Translations under genes and position numbers: made by a program
Notes under the pieces: model-generated
What the model saw: the letters and a program-made list of their open reading frames with translations, nothing else
What the model was told of the DNA's origin: nothing
Database searches by the model: none
NCBI GenBank assembly: GCA_963702475.1
Contig: CAVPCT010000006.1
Span: 192,001 to 256,000, forward strand
DNA length: 64,000 nt
Origin: an uncultured Thermoleophilia bacterium
GTDB lineage: Bacteria > Actinomycetota > Thermoleophilia > UBA2241
Direction of reading: 5' to 3'
Shown here: positions 10,453 through 20,812 of the stretch, in pieces
Layout of the letters: each line of letters starts with the position of its first letter
How positions within the stretch are numbered: the stretch's first letter is position 1

Positions 10453-11028
10453 GTGCATCGTCCCCCGGAGTCGGTGTCCGGCGCCGGTGCATCCGCCCCT
10501 GAGTGCGGACAGCCTCGGGTCCGTCGCCGCGTCCGGGGCACAGGTGATGCCCCGTCCGGTTCGCGGGATTGTACACGTTCCGCGGATGAAGGCAATCGGA
10601 ATTGTCTCTCATGGGACCGAGATCCGAGCCGCGGGGTCCACCGACACGACGCAGGATGAGTGCCGGTGCGAGGACTCGAGACGCAGGCGGGCCGGATCCT
10701 GGACATGGCGGGGGAGCGATCGGCTGTCGGGGCGCCGGACACAAGACGGGGGCCGGCGCCTTTCGCCGTACCCCCGCCACACTCCCTACCGCCGGTGACC
10801 GGCGTCTACATCCACCTGCAGCGGAATCCCGAAGCCGCGACCGGTAGGGTGATCACTTCTACGGGGCGTCGTTCGCGCCCCGGCCCCGTTCTCCTGCACG
10901 GGCCGTCACCACGGCGTTTCTGTCGAAGGGCGGGGCTCCTCTGGACCGCGCTTCTCACGGGTGTCATCCTGCCTTGCGACGGCGCTCCGCGCCGGGCCGC
11001 GTCCCATGGAGGCTGAGGGGGAGTCCAG

Positions 11029-11388
11029 ATGGGCCTCGACACGTACCCGTCGCGATCTGCTCACGAGATCGCGCTCACGCTGGAGGATGAGCTGTCGCTG
11101 GCGGCACTCGACCTGCGCCTGTGCGAGTGGCTCGGCTATGGCGCGTTCCGGGGGAAGGTGTATCTGGACGTCGTCGACCGGGTCGCCGCCGTCTGCCTCA
11201 CCCAGGACTGGATCGCGCCCGAGGAGGTGGCCGAGATGGCGGCCGCGTTCGAGGCGTGCGATGTGGAGGAGGTCGTGCGCGCGTCCGCCCGCGACCACTA
11301 CCCAGTCACGGGCGAGGAGGTCAGGTCTCTGTCGAGGCTGTTCCGCACGTGCGCCGATCTCGGTCTCGGTCTCATCGGCGACTACTGA
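11029..11388 (+). CDS. Hypothetical protein
   Basis: 119-aa acidic ORF with GAGGGGGA RBS and a downstream hairpin. Confidence 0.7.
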   Translation: MGLDTYPSRSAHEIALTLEDELSLAALDLRLCEWLGYGAFRGKVYLDVVDRVAAVCLTQDWIAPEEVAEMAAAFEACDVEEVVRASARDHYPVTGEEVRSLSRLFRTCADLGLGLIGDY

Positions 11389-11399
11389 GCAGGAGCTGA

Positions 11400-11431
11400 G
11401 GGCGGGGAGTGCGACCGCACTCCCCGCCCTT
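11400..11431 (+). terminator. Terminator hairpin between convergent genes
   Basis: gggcggggagtgc-gacc-gcactccccgccc followed by tt. Confidence 0.6.
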
Positions 11432-11534
11432 GCCCGCCGGAGCTCCGACTCACTGGCCGGTGTGCCGGTTCCGCGACGGCTTCGCGGCCGGCGGTCCGCA
11501 GTGGCGCCGCCGGCCGGGTCTCACCTGTTCCGGG

Positions 11535-13401
11535 TCAGATGCCCAGCGCGGCGCGCTTCTCGGCGATGTGCGCGAGCATCGCAGCCACGGCCTCCTTGGC
11601 GTTCGTCTCCACGGCGAGCTTGCCGCCGGTCACGCTCGGCAGGTCCTGGGTCACGAGCTTCACCAGGTTCGGTGCGCCGGTGACGAACGGCACCGGGTTC
11701 ACGTGCGTGTACAGGCCGAAGGCCAGCGCGGCCATGGCGTCGATGGTGGCCTTCTGCTCCATGTACTCGGGGGCAGTGGCCACGACCGGCAGGTCGCAGG
11801 TGTCCACGCCGAGGGCGTCGGCGATGGCGCCGACGAGCAGCAGGATGCGGCCGGTGTCGGTGCAGGTGCCGAAGCTGAGCACCGGCGGGATGCCGAGCAG
11901 CTCGCAGACGGCCTTGAGGCCGGGGCCGGCGAGCTCCTTGGCCTCGGCGGCCTCGAGGCCCGCGACCTGCAGGCCGGCGTTGCCGCAGCCCATGGCCAGC
12001 ACGAGCACGTCGTTCTTGATGAGTTCCTTGGCGATGGACACGGTGTGGCTGTCCTGGTCGCAGTCGCGCAGGGTGGTGCAGCTCACGAGGCCGCAGACGC
12101 CCTTGAGCGTGCCGTTCTTGATGACGTCGAGCAGCGGGTCGAGGCTGCCGCCCAAGGCGCCGAGGATCGACTCGGTGCTGAAGCCGGCCACGGCGTCGCC
12201 GACCGGGAGCTTGGGCACGTAGGTGTTCTTGGCGCGGCGCGTCGGGAAGTTGGCGATCGCCATGTCCATGAGCTGCTGCGCCTGCTCGGCCGCCTTGGTC
12301 GGCCTCGAAGACCACGGGCGCCTCGGCGCCGTCGATGCCGACGAGGTCGCTGACCGGGACGAGCAGGGTGCCGTGGGCGGCGCACAGGGCGCCCAGGGTC
12401 GGCACGACGCAGTTCATGTCGGCGGCGAACACGTCGATGCCGCCGGTGGCCACGGCCAGCTCCTCCGTGAGCCAGTTGCCGGTGAGGCCGACGAAGACGT
12501 CGTCCACCTCGTAGCGCTGGATGAGCTCCTGGCCGGTCTCGATGGAGCCGACGATGCGCAGGCCCTTGGCCCCGGCCGCCTTGGCCTTCTCCTGTACGGC
12601 CGCGGCGTGCGCGGCCTCGATCAGCGTGGCGCCCACCATGGGCTCGTGGCCGTTGACGACGACGTTGACGTACTCGCCGTCGATGATGCCGAGGTCGACC
12701 TTGACGGCGTGCGGCTGCGGCGTGCCGAAGAGAGCGTCCTGGGCGAGCTCGAGCGGGATCTGCGCGCCGTAGGCGGTGGCGATGCCGAGGCGCAGGCCCT
12801 TGAGGGCGAGGGAGACGTAGTTGCCGTCCACGTTGGTGAGGCAGCTCGAGGTGGCGTACATGTTCTCGTGGAACACGCCGCCCGGCATGATGCCGAGTTC
12901 CTTCCACTTGGCCACGCGCTTGGCCGGCGCCAGCCTCTCGACCAGCGGCGACGGGCTCTGGTGGTCGCGGTTGAACTCCTGAAGCACGGCATCGGCCACG
13001 CGCTTCGGCAGCGTGTCGCGCGGCTCGACGGCCTCGTCGAGCACGCCCGCGAGCAGCTCGAGCTTGCTCCAGTCCTTGATCTGGAAGGTGCCGCCGTCCT
13101 GCGCCGTCCGGAGGGTCTTCATGACCTCGACGGCGTGGTACGTGTAGGTGGCGGTGCCCATGGTGTTCTGCAGCAGGAAGTTGCGCATCGCCATGCCGTC
13201 GGCGTCGATGCCGCAGACGCCGCGCGGCGCCTTCTCGGTGAGCCGGCACGGGCCCTGCGAGCACAGCGAGCAGCGGATGCCCTTCTCGCAGAAGCCGCAG
13301 CGGCTGCCCATGGCGTCCATGCGGTCGAACGACGTCTCCTTCTCGTCGTCCCGCGTCTGCTCGAGCATCGTGTGGACTGAAGCGTGGTAACTGTCGGCCA
13401 T
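11535..13401 (-). CDS. cooS: Ni,Fe-CODH/HCP superfamily protein, CooS-like with atypical C-cluster (CooS-V-like); frameshift near 12300
   Basis: CGFCEKGIRCSLCSQGPC...GVCG, NGHEP, ADMNC, GLVSC, MGCG, FGTCTD, MEQKA; joined from ORFs 11521..13401 and 11535..12269. Confidence 0.85.
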
Positions 13402-13514
13402 GGCTCCTCCTGGGAGGTTTGGAAGGTTCAGGCGCCGGCGGCGCCGACCGGACGAGACAACGACGGCGCCGGCCTCAGCCGGCGCCGTACGGGGTCAGGT
13501 GGGGAGGTGCGGCG

Positions 13515-13898
13515 TCAACCGTGGATGAGGGCGGGGAGGCACTTGACGCACACCCAGGTGCTCTCGCCCTTGGTGCGGCACGGGAACAGGATGGCGTCCA
13601 TCTCGCTGCGGCCGCAGTTGAAGCAGTGCTGGTTGAGTGCCACGGCGGCCGCGAGCTTGTCGGCGACGTTCTGCGCGGCGGCGTCTTCGTCGAAATCGGG
13701 GGCTTCGCGCTTCTCCACGGTGAGGGCTCCTTCCGGACAGACGGCGAGGCAGAAGCCGGCGCCGTCGCACAGCTCCTCCTTCATCACCGTGGCCTTGCCG
13801 TCGACGATCTCGATGGCGCCTTCGGCGCAGGGGGTGACGCAGTCGCCACACCCGGTGCAGAGGTCTTCGTCGATCTTGATGATGCTGCGGACCGGCAT
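13515..13898 (-). CDS. 2x[4Fe-4S] ferredoxin with C-terminal Cys4 domain
   Basis: MPVRSIIKIDEDLCTGCGDCVTPCAEGAI...CDGAGFCLAVCP; C-terminal CFNC...CVKC. Confidence 0.88.
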   Translation of the reverse strand: MPVRSIIKIDEDLCTGCGDCVTPCAEGAIEIVDGKATVMKEELCDGAGFCLAVCPEGALTVEKREAPDFDEDAAAQNVADKLAAAVALNQHCFNCGRSEMDAILFPCRTKGESTWVCVKCLPALIHG

Positions 13899-13988
13899 TC
13901 CTGCTCGCTTTCGTCTTCTGGTGATGGGAAGGCGCCGGTGGCGGCTTCGCGCGCCGGCGCCTCGATTGGCACTCTTCTGATGGTGTCT

Positions 13989-14031
13989 ACTGTACGCTTG
14001 TGCGCCGTTGCTCAACCTTGACCTGCGTCAA
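13989..14031 (-). promoter_or_regulatory. Class II Crp/Fnr-type promoter of the ferredoxin-cooS operon with overlapping Rex/CRP-like box
   Basis: TTGACCTGCGTCAA at 14018-14031, centred near -42 relative to -10 TACAGT (13989-13994, minus strand); TTGTGCGCCGTTGCTCAA at 13998-14015. Confidence 0.65.
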
Positions 14032-14124
14032 TGGTGAGGAACGGCAGCCCGGCGCCACGGCCGCGAGTGACGGGGCGCGACAGCGCAGGGGTAGGATTGA
14101 GCCCCGCCGTCGACGGCGGGTCTC

Positions 14125-15375
14125 ATGATCACGGCCGAGACAGACATCCGCATCATGTTCCTCTCCGCGCTGGCGCGAGCCTTGGCGCGCTTCGGAGAGG
14201 ACTCCGATTCCATTGAACGCGACCTCGTCGGGTGCGCGGCGCGTCTCGGCTTGCCGGGGCAGTTCTACGCGACCCCGACCATGGTGATGGCCTCGTTCGG
14301 CAGCGACGAACAACCGCGCACGATCCTCCTGAGGATCCACGAAGGCATGATCGACCTCGAGGCTCTCGACCGGGTCAACGCCGTGCGCAAGGGCGTGATG
14401 AGCGGCGAGAAGACGGCGCCTCAAGCACTCGCCGAGCTCAACCTGATCGCCGCCGCCCCCGCGCGCTTCCCCTGGGTCGTCCGCGTGCTCGCCTCCGGGC
14501 TGGGAGCCGGCTCGTTCGCCATCTTTCTCGGAGGTGAGTGGCCGGCGTTCCTCGCGGCGTTGCCCGTGGGCCTGGTGGTAGGGGCCGTCGTGCTCATCTC
14601 GCAGCGGTACGCTCGCCTGCACCCGCTCGCAGCACTGCTCGGCGCCTTCGCCGCAGCCGTCACGACGCTCGCGGTGGGACACGTGATCCGCCACTTCAGC
14701 CTGCCGACCGTGGCGCTGGCCGGGCTCATTCTCCTTTTGCCCGGCCTGGCCATCACGACAGGTGTGGCGGAGCTGGCGGCGCGGCAACTCACCTCCGGTA
14801 CGGCGCGGCTCGCCGGCGCCACCGTCACACTGGTCAACCTCGGGGTCGGCAGCTTCCTGGGGTTCGCCGTCGTGACCCGCCTGGACTGGGTGCCGCGCAC
14901 GCTGGCCATCGCCTCTCACCCGTCGGCCGTGGCCGTGCTCGTGGCGCTGGTCGCCACGGCCCTGTCTCTGCACGTGTCCGCCAACGCCCGCACGCGCGAC
15001 TGGCCGCTCACTCTCGGGGCCGTCATCGTGGCGCTCGCCGGGGCGCGCTTCGGCGCCTGGCTCTTCGGGGCGACGCTCGGTGTGGTGGTCGCGTCGTTCG
15101 CGCTGGGCCTCTGTGCGAACGGCTACGCGCGGCTGAGCCGGCGCCCGGCCGCGCTGGTGCTGATCCCCGGGCTGGCCGTCCTGGTGCCCGGGGCCCTCGG
15201 CCTGCGCGGCGTCAGCGAGTTCCTGCGCACGGCAGCCGGAGGCGTCAACGTGCTCATCGGCGTCGTCATCATCGCCGCGGGCCTCGTGGTGGGACTGCTC
15301 GTGGCCGACGCCCTCCTGCCGGCGCGTCCATCGGACGAGGGCGACGGCGTGCCGGGCGAAGGAGCGGCGGAGTAG
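14125..15375 (+). CDS. ThrE-family threonine/serine exporter
   Basis: N-terminal soluble domain then about 10 TM segments with LILLLPGLAITTGVAEL and LIPGLAVLVPG repeats. Confidence 0.85.
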   Translation: MITAETDIRIMFLSALARALARFGEDSDSIERDLVGCAARLGLPGQFYATPTMVMASFGSDEQPRTILLRIHEGMIDLEALDRVNAVRKGVMSGEKTAPQALAELNLIAAAPARFPWVVRVLASGLGAGSFAIFLGGEWPAFLAALPVGLVVGAVVLISQRYARLHPLAALLGAFAAAVTTLAVGHVIRHFSLPTVALAGLILLLPGLAITTGVAELAARQLTSGTARLAGATVTLVNLGVGSFLGFAVVTRLDWVPRTLAIASHPSAVAVLVALVATALSLHVSANARTRDWPLTLGAVIVALAGARFGAWLFGATLGVVVASFALGLCANGYARLSRRPAALVLIPGLAVLVPGALGLRGVSEFLRTAAGGVNVLIGVVIIAAGLVVGLLVADALLPARPSDEGDGVPGEGAAE

Positions 15376-15392
15376 TCGGGCGCCCGCCGCCG

Positions 15393-16040
15393 TCACGCTT
15401 GCCCGAGGTCACCGGCTGAGGCGGGCGTCACGACCTTGAAGAACAGCCGTCTGCCCATCCCCTGCCCATAGGCCAGCGAGCCCCACAGCGCCGCGAGGCT
15501 GTCGATCAAGCCGACCTTGTCGAGGTCGCCCACGTACACTGGCCGGAGACCGGTGCTCGCAATGAGCTTCTCAGCCTCTGCGCGCCGGGCGGCGGGTCCG
15601 GCGAAGAGCAGGTCGGCCTGCACACCGCCGATCACGGGGTCCGCGAAGTTCTCCCAGCCGAGGGAGTTGAAGGCACGGTACACGGCCGCCGTCGGCGCCG
15701 CTGCGGCGATGACGGCGACGCTGTTCATCTCTCCCTGCTCGCTGAGCGACCCACCGGTGCGGTTCGACGCGTCCATCACGATCTTGCCCTCCAACGACGC
15801 GCCGTGGTTCGCGATGAGATCGTCCATGGCGCCGCCGGGGACGGCGAGGACGGCGGCCTCTGCCCCACCGAGGGCTTCGGCGATACCCGACACCGGAAGG
15901 TCGCCGAGCTCGGCGCGTGCCGCGGCCGCTGAGGCCCCCTCGGGGTCGCGGGTGCCGACCACGACGTCGTGCCCTGCGGCCGCCAGGTTCTTCGCGAGGG
16001 CCGGCCCCACGTGGCCGGCGCCGATGATGGCGATGCGCAT
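15393..16040 (-). CDS. NADPH-dependent F420 reductase-like dinucleotide-binding oxidoreductase
   Basis: MRIAIIGAGHVG, GTRDP, LAVP, DASN, RAFNSLG, GLRPVYVG; GGAGGAG RBS. Confidence 0.85.
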   Translation of the reverse strand: MRIAIIGAGHVGPALAKNLAAAGHDVVVGTRDPEGASAAAARAELGDLPVSGIAEALGGAEAAVLAVPGGAMDDLIANHGASLEGKIVMDASNRTGGSLSEQGEMNSVAVIAAAAPTAAVYRAFNSLGWENFADPVIGGVQADLLFAGPAARRAEAEKLIASTGLRPVYVGDLDKVGLIDSLAALWGSLAYGQGMGRRLFFKVVTPASAGDLGQA

Positions 16041-16096
16041 GTCTCCTCCGTTCATCTGCCGCGGCCGGGGCTTGCTCCCGGCCCTCCGTGGGAATA

Positions 16097-16125
16097 GTTT
16101 GTTACCAAACAGTTTGATAGCAAAC
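16097..16125. promoter_or_regulatory. Tandem palindromic operators, probably bound by the adjacent MarR
   Basis: GTTTG-TTAC-CAAAC (16097-16110) and GTTTG-ATAG-CAAAC (16112-16125) in an AT-rich divergent intergenic region. Confidence 0.7.
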
Positions 16126-16144
16126 ATCTTCGGCGGTGGACCCG

Positions 16145-16735
16145 ATGAGCGGCACACACGAGCACGGAGGTACGAAGAGGCGGGACGGAGGAGGACTGGA
16201 CACGCCGGCCCGGGCGGCGGGGGCACGGCAGGGCGACGGCGACGCCGTGGACGCCATCATCGCCGCCTGGAACCGGGAGCGGCCGGAGCTGGACGTGACG
16301 AGCGTCGGGGTGGTCTCGCGCGTCACCCGGCTCTCGGCGCGGTTCACGCAGGCGCTGGAGGCCAACTTCGCCCGGCACCGGTTGACCAAGGCTTCGTTCG
16401 AGGCGCTGGCCGCCCTGCGTCGCAGCGGAGCGCCGTACCGCCTGTCGCAGACTGCGCTCATGCGTGAGCTCTCGCTGACGCCCGGCACCGTGAGCGTACG
16501 CATCCGCCGCCTGGTGGACGACGGGCTCGCCCTGCGACGGGACGACCCCGGCGACAGGCGCGGCGTGATCGTCGAGCTGACGGAGGCGGGCCTCGACGCG
16601 TTCGAGGACGTCGTGGCCGACCACCTGGCGACCGAGCGGCGCCTGCTTGCGGCCCTGGACGCCGGCGAGCAGGAGCTGCTCGCCGGCCTGTTGCGCCGTC
16701 TGCTGCTCCACGTCCCCGCCGGTGGCGAGCCGTGA
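16145..16735 (+). CDS. MarR family transcriptional regulator
   Basis: DAVDAIIAAWNRERPELD, FEALAALRRSGAPYRL, DPGDRRGVIVELT. Confidence 0.9.
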   Translation: MSGTHEHGGTKRRDGGGLDTPARAAGARQGDGDAVDAIIAAWNRERPELDVTSVGVVSRVTRLSARFTQALEANFARHRLTKASFEALAALRRSGAPYRLSQTALMRELSLTPGTVSVRIRRLVDDGLALRRDDPGDRRGVIVELTEAGLDAFEDVVADHLATERRLLAALDAGEQELLAGLLRRLLLHVPAGGEP

Positions 16736-17929
16736 GCGCCGTCGAGCAGTCGCACGGCGACGGCCCCCGTCGCGTGCTGCCCGTGCTGCTGCGCGACGCC
16801 GGCGAGGAGCGTCACCCGTCGTGGCTCGAGCTCTTCTTCGACCTGTGCTTCGTGGCCGCCGTCGCCGCGTTGGCGTCCGGTCTCTACCACCACCCCGACC
16901 TGCGGGGCGTGCTCGTGTTCGCGGGACTGTTCGTGCCGGTGTGGTGGGCGTGGATGGGGTACACGTGGTACGCATCCGCCTTCGACAACGACGACGTGGT
17001 GTTCCGCATCGCCTGGCTGGGCGCCATGCTGCTCGTCATCGCGCTGGCGTCGCAGGTGGGGGCGGTGACCGAGGGGCGCGGCGCGGGCTTCGCGCTCGTG
17101 TACGGGCTGCTGCAGGCCCTGATCGCGCTGCTGTTCCTCAGGGCGCGGCGTCACGAGACGGCCGCCAGGGCGTTCGCCACCCGGTACGCCGCGGGGGATG
17201 CCGCTGGCGCCGCCGTGTGGCTGGCGTCGGCCGTCGTGCCGGCGCCGGCGCAGTACGCCCTCTGGGCGCTGGGCATGGTCGTGCTCATGGCGACGCCGCC
17301 CGTGGCCGTGATGGCGTACCACGGCAAGGCCTTCAACGCGGCCCACATCGCGGAGAGGTACGGCCTGTTCACGTTGATCGTGCTCGGCGAGTCGGTGGTG
17401 GCGGTGGCCGCCGCGCTCGGCGGCGAGGCGGGGCTGCGCGGCGGCGTCACGGCGGCGCTCGGCTTCGGCGCCGCCGCCTGCCTCTGGTGGGTGTACTTCG
17501 GCTCCGTGCGCTGGTCTTCGCTCACGCCGCGACAGCCTGCTGCGCTCCTTCACCTGGGGGTACGGCCACCTGTTCGTGTTCGCCGGTGTGGCGGCGACGG
17601 CCGTCGGCGTGCACCTCGCGGCGGACGTGGCGGCCGGACACGTGGGCATGACCACTGCGGCGCGCTGGATCTACGCCGGCGGCCTCGCCGCGGTCCTCCT
17701 GGCGCTGGTGGCGGTCCACTTCGTGACGGTGATGCGCTGGGACGCACTCGCCGCCGTGCGCACCGGCGCCGCCGCGGCGCTCGCCGTGCTGGCGGCGAGT
17801 GCAGGCGCGGTCGGCCCCGTGTGGTTCAGCGCACTCGCGTTCTCCGTCCTGCTGGTCCTGGCGGTCGCGGAGGCCCGCATCCTCGGCCTCGCCGCCCCGG
17901 GAGAGTCCTCCCCCCGGATCGGAGGGTAG
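16732..17929 (+). CDS. Low temperature requirement protein A (LtrA) family membrane protein; frameshift near 17540
   Basis: WLELFFDLCFVAAV, WWAW, HIAERYGLFTLIVLGESV, LWWVYF; continues in the 17576..17929 frame. Confidence 0.85.
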
Positions 17930-18133
17930 CGCCCGGCTCACGCAACGCGGCGGCTTCAGCCGCGCGGCCTCGTCTTCGCCCGCTCGACCGTCTGCTCTAT
18001 GCGGCGCGCCCGGGTGACCGGTCGGCGCGCCTCCAGGATCCGGCCGACGTACTCGCGCCGGTGCGGGATCGGCAGTGCGGCGATCGCCGTCGCCCTGGCG
18101 GCGGCCGTCTTCGCGGTCCTGTACCATGTCCCT

Positions 18134-19849
18134 ATGGACTCGTTCTCGGTACTCATCGGGGGCCGCGCCGGCGACGGCATCACCGAGGCCGGTACGATGA
18201 TCGCGCACCTGCTCAACGAGTGCGGCTACCGGCTGTACCGGCACGTCGACTCGCCGTCGCTCATCCGCGGGGGGCACAACTGGGTGATGGTGCGAGCGCA
18301 CCGGCAGCGCATCGGTGCCATGCGGGACCACGTGAACGTCATCATCGCCTTGACCGAGGAGACGCTGGACAGGCACGAGTGGCGGCTCAAGCAGCGTCCC
18401 ATCACCGTGTACGACAACCAGTCGATCGCCGACGCGCGTCTGCCGTCCATGGCGCACCCGTTCCGCACCGGCATCCCGGTGAAGACGATCCTGGAGCAGG
18501 TCCAGGCGCCGCCGGTGATGCGCAACACGGCCATCCTGGGGGCGTTCTGCAAGGCCATCTCGATCCCGTGGGAGGTGCTCGAGGACGTCATCCGGCGGTA
18601 CCAGCCCAAACAGACCGAGCTGAACCTGCGGGTGGCGCGGCTGGGGTACGACCTCGCCACCGAGAAGCTGCTCGTGGACCTGCCCGGCGGCGGGCCGTTG
18701 CCGGTGATGACCGGCCTCGAGGCCGTCGGGCTGGGGCTCGTCCGCGGCGGCCTCAAGGCGTACGCCGGCTACCCCATGACCCCGGCCAGCGGCCTGCTGC
18801 ACTTCCTCGCGAAGCAGGCGCCGCGCTTCGCGCTCAAGGTGGTGCAGCCGGAGGGCGAGATCGCCGCCATGATGATGGCGCTCGGGCACGCTTACGCAGG
18901 GGAGCGTGCCGCCGTCGGTACCTCTGGCGGCGGCTTCTGCCTCATGACCGAAGGCCTCAGCCAGGCCGGCCAGGCCGAGCTCCCCGTCGTCGTCGTGCTC
19001 GGCCAGCGCACGGGGCCGAGCACCGGCCTGCCGACGTACACCGCGCAGGCCGACCTCGAGTTCGCGCTCACCGCCGGCCACGGCGAGTTCCCGCGTGTGG
19101 TGCTCGCCCCGGCCGACGTCGAGCAGGCCTACGCGTGGAGCACGCTCGCGCTGGACCTGGCGTGGGCCTACCAGCTCCCCGTCATCGTGCTCACCGACCG
19201 CTCGCTCAACGACGACTCGCAGAGCTTCGTGACGGGTGAGGTGCCCGCGCTGCCGCGGCTGGAGGCCGCGGAGTGGCGGCCGGGCAGAAAGGCACAGAGG
19301 GCGGCCGCGGCGGGCTCACAGGATGCGTACCTTCGCTACCTGCTGACTGAGAGCGGCGTCAGCCCCATGGCCTATCCGGGGCAGGCGGGAGCGACGGTCA
19401 AGGTCAACTCCTACACGCACGACGAAGCCGGGCTCACGACGGAGGACCCCGCCACGACCGTGGCGATGCAGGACAAGTGGGAGCGCAAGGGCTGGGGTGC
19501 CGCCGGCGCGCTGGAGCGGCTGCCGCTGGTCAACGTGTACGGCGACGTGCGCGCCGAGCAGACGGTGGTGACGTGGGGCTCGCCGACAGGCGCGGTGCGC
19601 GAGGTCGGCGAGCTGGAGGGCTACCGTGTCGTCCAGCCGGTGGCCCTGCACCCGTTCCCGGCCAGACAGCTGGCCGACGCCCTGCGGGGCAGCGAGCGCG
19701 TGGCGGTGCTCGAGATGAACGCCACCGGCCAGCTCGCAGGCCTCATGGAGCGGCACGGCCTCGCGAGCGACCACTCGATCCTGCGCTACGACGGCAGGCC
19801 GTGGGGCGTCGGGGAGCTGCGCCGTGAGATCGAGAAGGTGTTCTCGTGA
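18134..19849 (+). CDS. korA: 2-oxoacid:ferredoxin oxidoreductase alpha subunit
   Basis: MDSFSVLIGGRAGDGI, SLIRGGHN, AGYPMTPAS, EGEIAA, TSGGGFCLMTEG, QRTGPSTGLPT. Confidence 0.9.
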   Translation: MDSFSVLIGGRAGDGITEAGTMIAHLLNECGYRLYRHVDSPSLIRGGHNWVMVRAHRQRIGAMRDHVNVIIALTEETLDRHEWRLKQRPITVYDNQSIADARLPSMAHPFRTGIPVKTILEQVQAPPVMRNTAILGAFCKAISIPWEVLEDVIRRYQPKQTELNLRVARLGYDLATEKLLVDLPGGGPLPVMTGLEAVGLGLVRGGLKAYAGYPMTPASGLLHFLAKQAPRFALKVVQPEGEIAAMMMALGHAYAGERAAVGTSGGGFCLMTEGLSQAGQAELPVVVVLGQRTGPSTGLPTYTAQADLEFALTAGHGEFPRVVLAPADVEQAYAWSTLALDLAWAYQLPVIVLTDRSLNDDSQSFVTGEVPALPRLEAAEWRPGRKAQRAAAAGSQDAYLRYLLTESGVSPMAYPGQAGATVKVNSYTHDEAGLTTEDPATTVAMQDKWERKGWGAAGALERLPLVNVYGDVRAEQTVVTWGSPTGAVREVGELEGYRVVQPVALHPFPARQLADALRGSERVAVLEMNATGQLAGLMERHGLASDHSILRYDGRPWGVGELRREIEKVFS

Positions 19850-20742
19850 CGTCCCGCAAGCGCACCTCTGCCTCCCGGCCGGCATCCGCCGGGCAGCCGC
19901 TCGACCTGAAGACCGGGGCCACGAACACGTGGTGCCCCGGGTGCGGCAACTTCGCCGTGCTCAACGCCCTCCGCGCCACGCTGCAGGGGTTGATCGGGGA
20001 GGGCATCCCTCGCGAGGACATCGTGGTGGTCGCCGACATCGGCTGCCACGGCAAGATCATGGACTACATCGGCGTGAACAGCTTCAACGCGCTGCACGGC
20101 CGCTCCGTCGCCTCGGCGGTCGGCATCGCCCTGGCGAACCCGCGTCTCAAGGTCATCGTGCACCAGGGAGACGGAGGAGCGTTCGCGGAGGGTCTCGAGC
20201 ACACCCTGTCCGCGGCCAGGCGCAACGTCGACGTCACCCTGATCGTCCACGACAATGGCGTGTACGGCCTCACCATCGGCCAGGCCGGCCCGGAGACGCC
20301 GCCCGGGTATCGTGGCCGATCGACGCCGTACGGGAGCGTGGAGGAGCCCTTCAATCCGCTGGAGCTGCTGCACGCCGCGGGGGCCACGTACCTCGCCCGC
20401 GGCTACACGCACGGCATCCCGCTGCTCAAGCGCCTCTACCGCGAGGCCATCCTGCACCGCGGCTTCAGCGTGGTCGACACGCTGCAGGTGTGCGTGACGT
20501 TCCGCAACATGTACGAGGCCTACAACGCCCGGGTCTACGAGCTCGACGAGCACGACCCCCGGGACGAGGAGCAGGCCCGGGCGAAGATCGGGGAGTGGGA
20601 TTACCGCTCGGAGGCGCCGATTGCGCTCGGCACGCTCTGCGTGCGCGAGCGGACGGTGTTCGGCGAGCAGTTCCAGGCCTTGGGTCGCGAGCCGCTCGAC
20701 CTTGAAGCCCGGCTGGCGGAGGCGTTCCAGAGCCTGACCTGA
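19846..20742 (+). CDS. korB: 2-oxoacid:ferredoxin oxidoreductase beta subunit
   Basis: TWCPGCGNF, DIGCHG, LHGR, GDGGAFAEG, DNGVYGLTIGQ; GTGA overlap with the alpha subunit. Confidence 0.9.
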   Translation: MTSRKRTSASRPASAGQPLDLKTGATNTWCPGCGNFAVLNALRATLQGLIGEGIPREDIVVVADIGCHGKIMDYIGVNSFNALHGRSVASAVGIALANPRLKVIVHQGDGGAFAEGLEHTLSAARRNVDVTLIVHDNGVYGLTIGQAGPETPPGYRGRSTPYGSVEEPFNPLELLHAAGATYLARGYTHGIPLLKRLYREAILHRGFSVVDTLQVCVTFRNMYEAYNARVYELDEHDPRDEEQARAKIGEWDYRSEAPIALGTLCVRERTVFGEQFQALGREPLDLEARLAEAFQSLT

Positions 20743-20812
20743 GCGGGGCGCTCTGCACGGTCAGCCGCGCCGTGTGCGGTGTGCCTGCGGCCCCCCTCGG
20801 ACCCTCTTCCGG

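Noticed and set aside
11535-13401. Wood-Ljungdahl or CO-oxidation locus
   Set aside because: No acsB, acsC/D, cooC or hydrogenase genes in the window, and key active-site residues are substituted.
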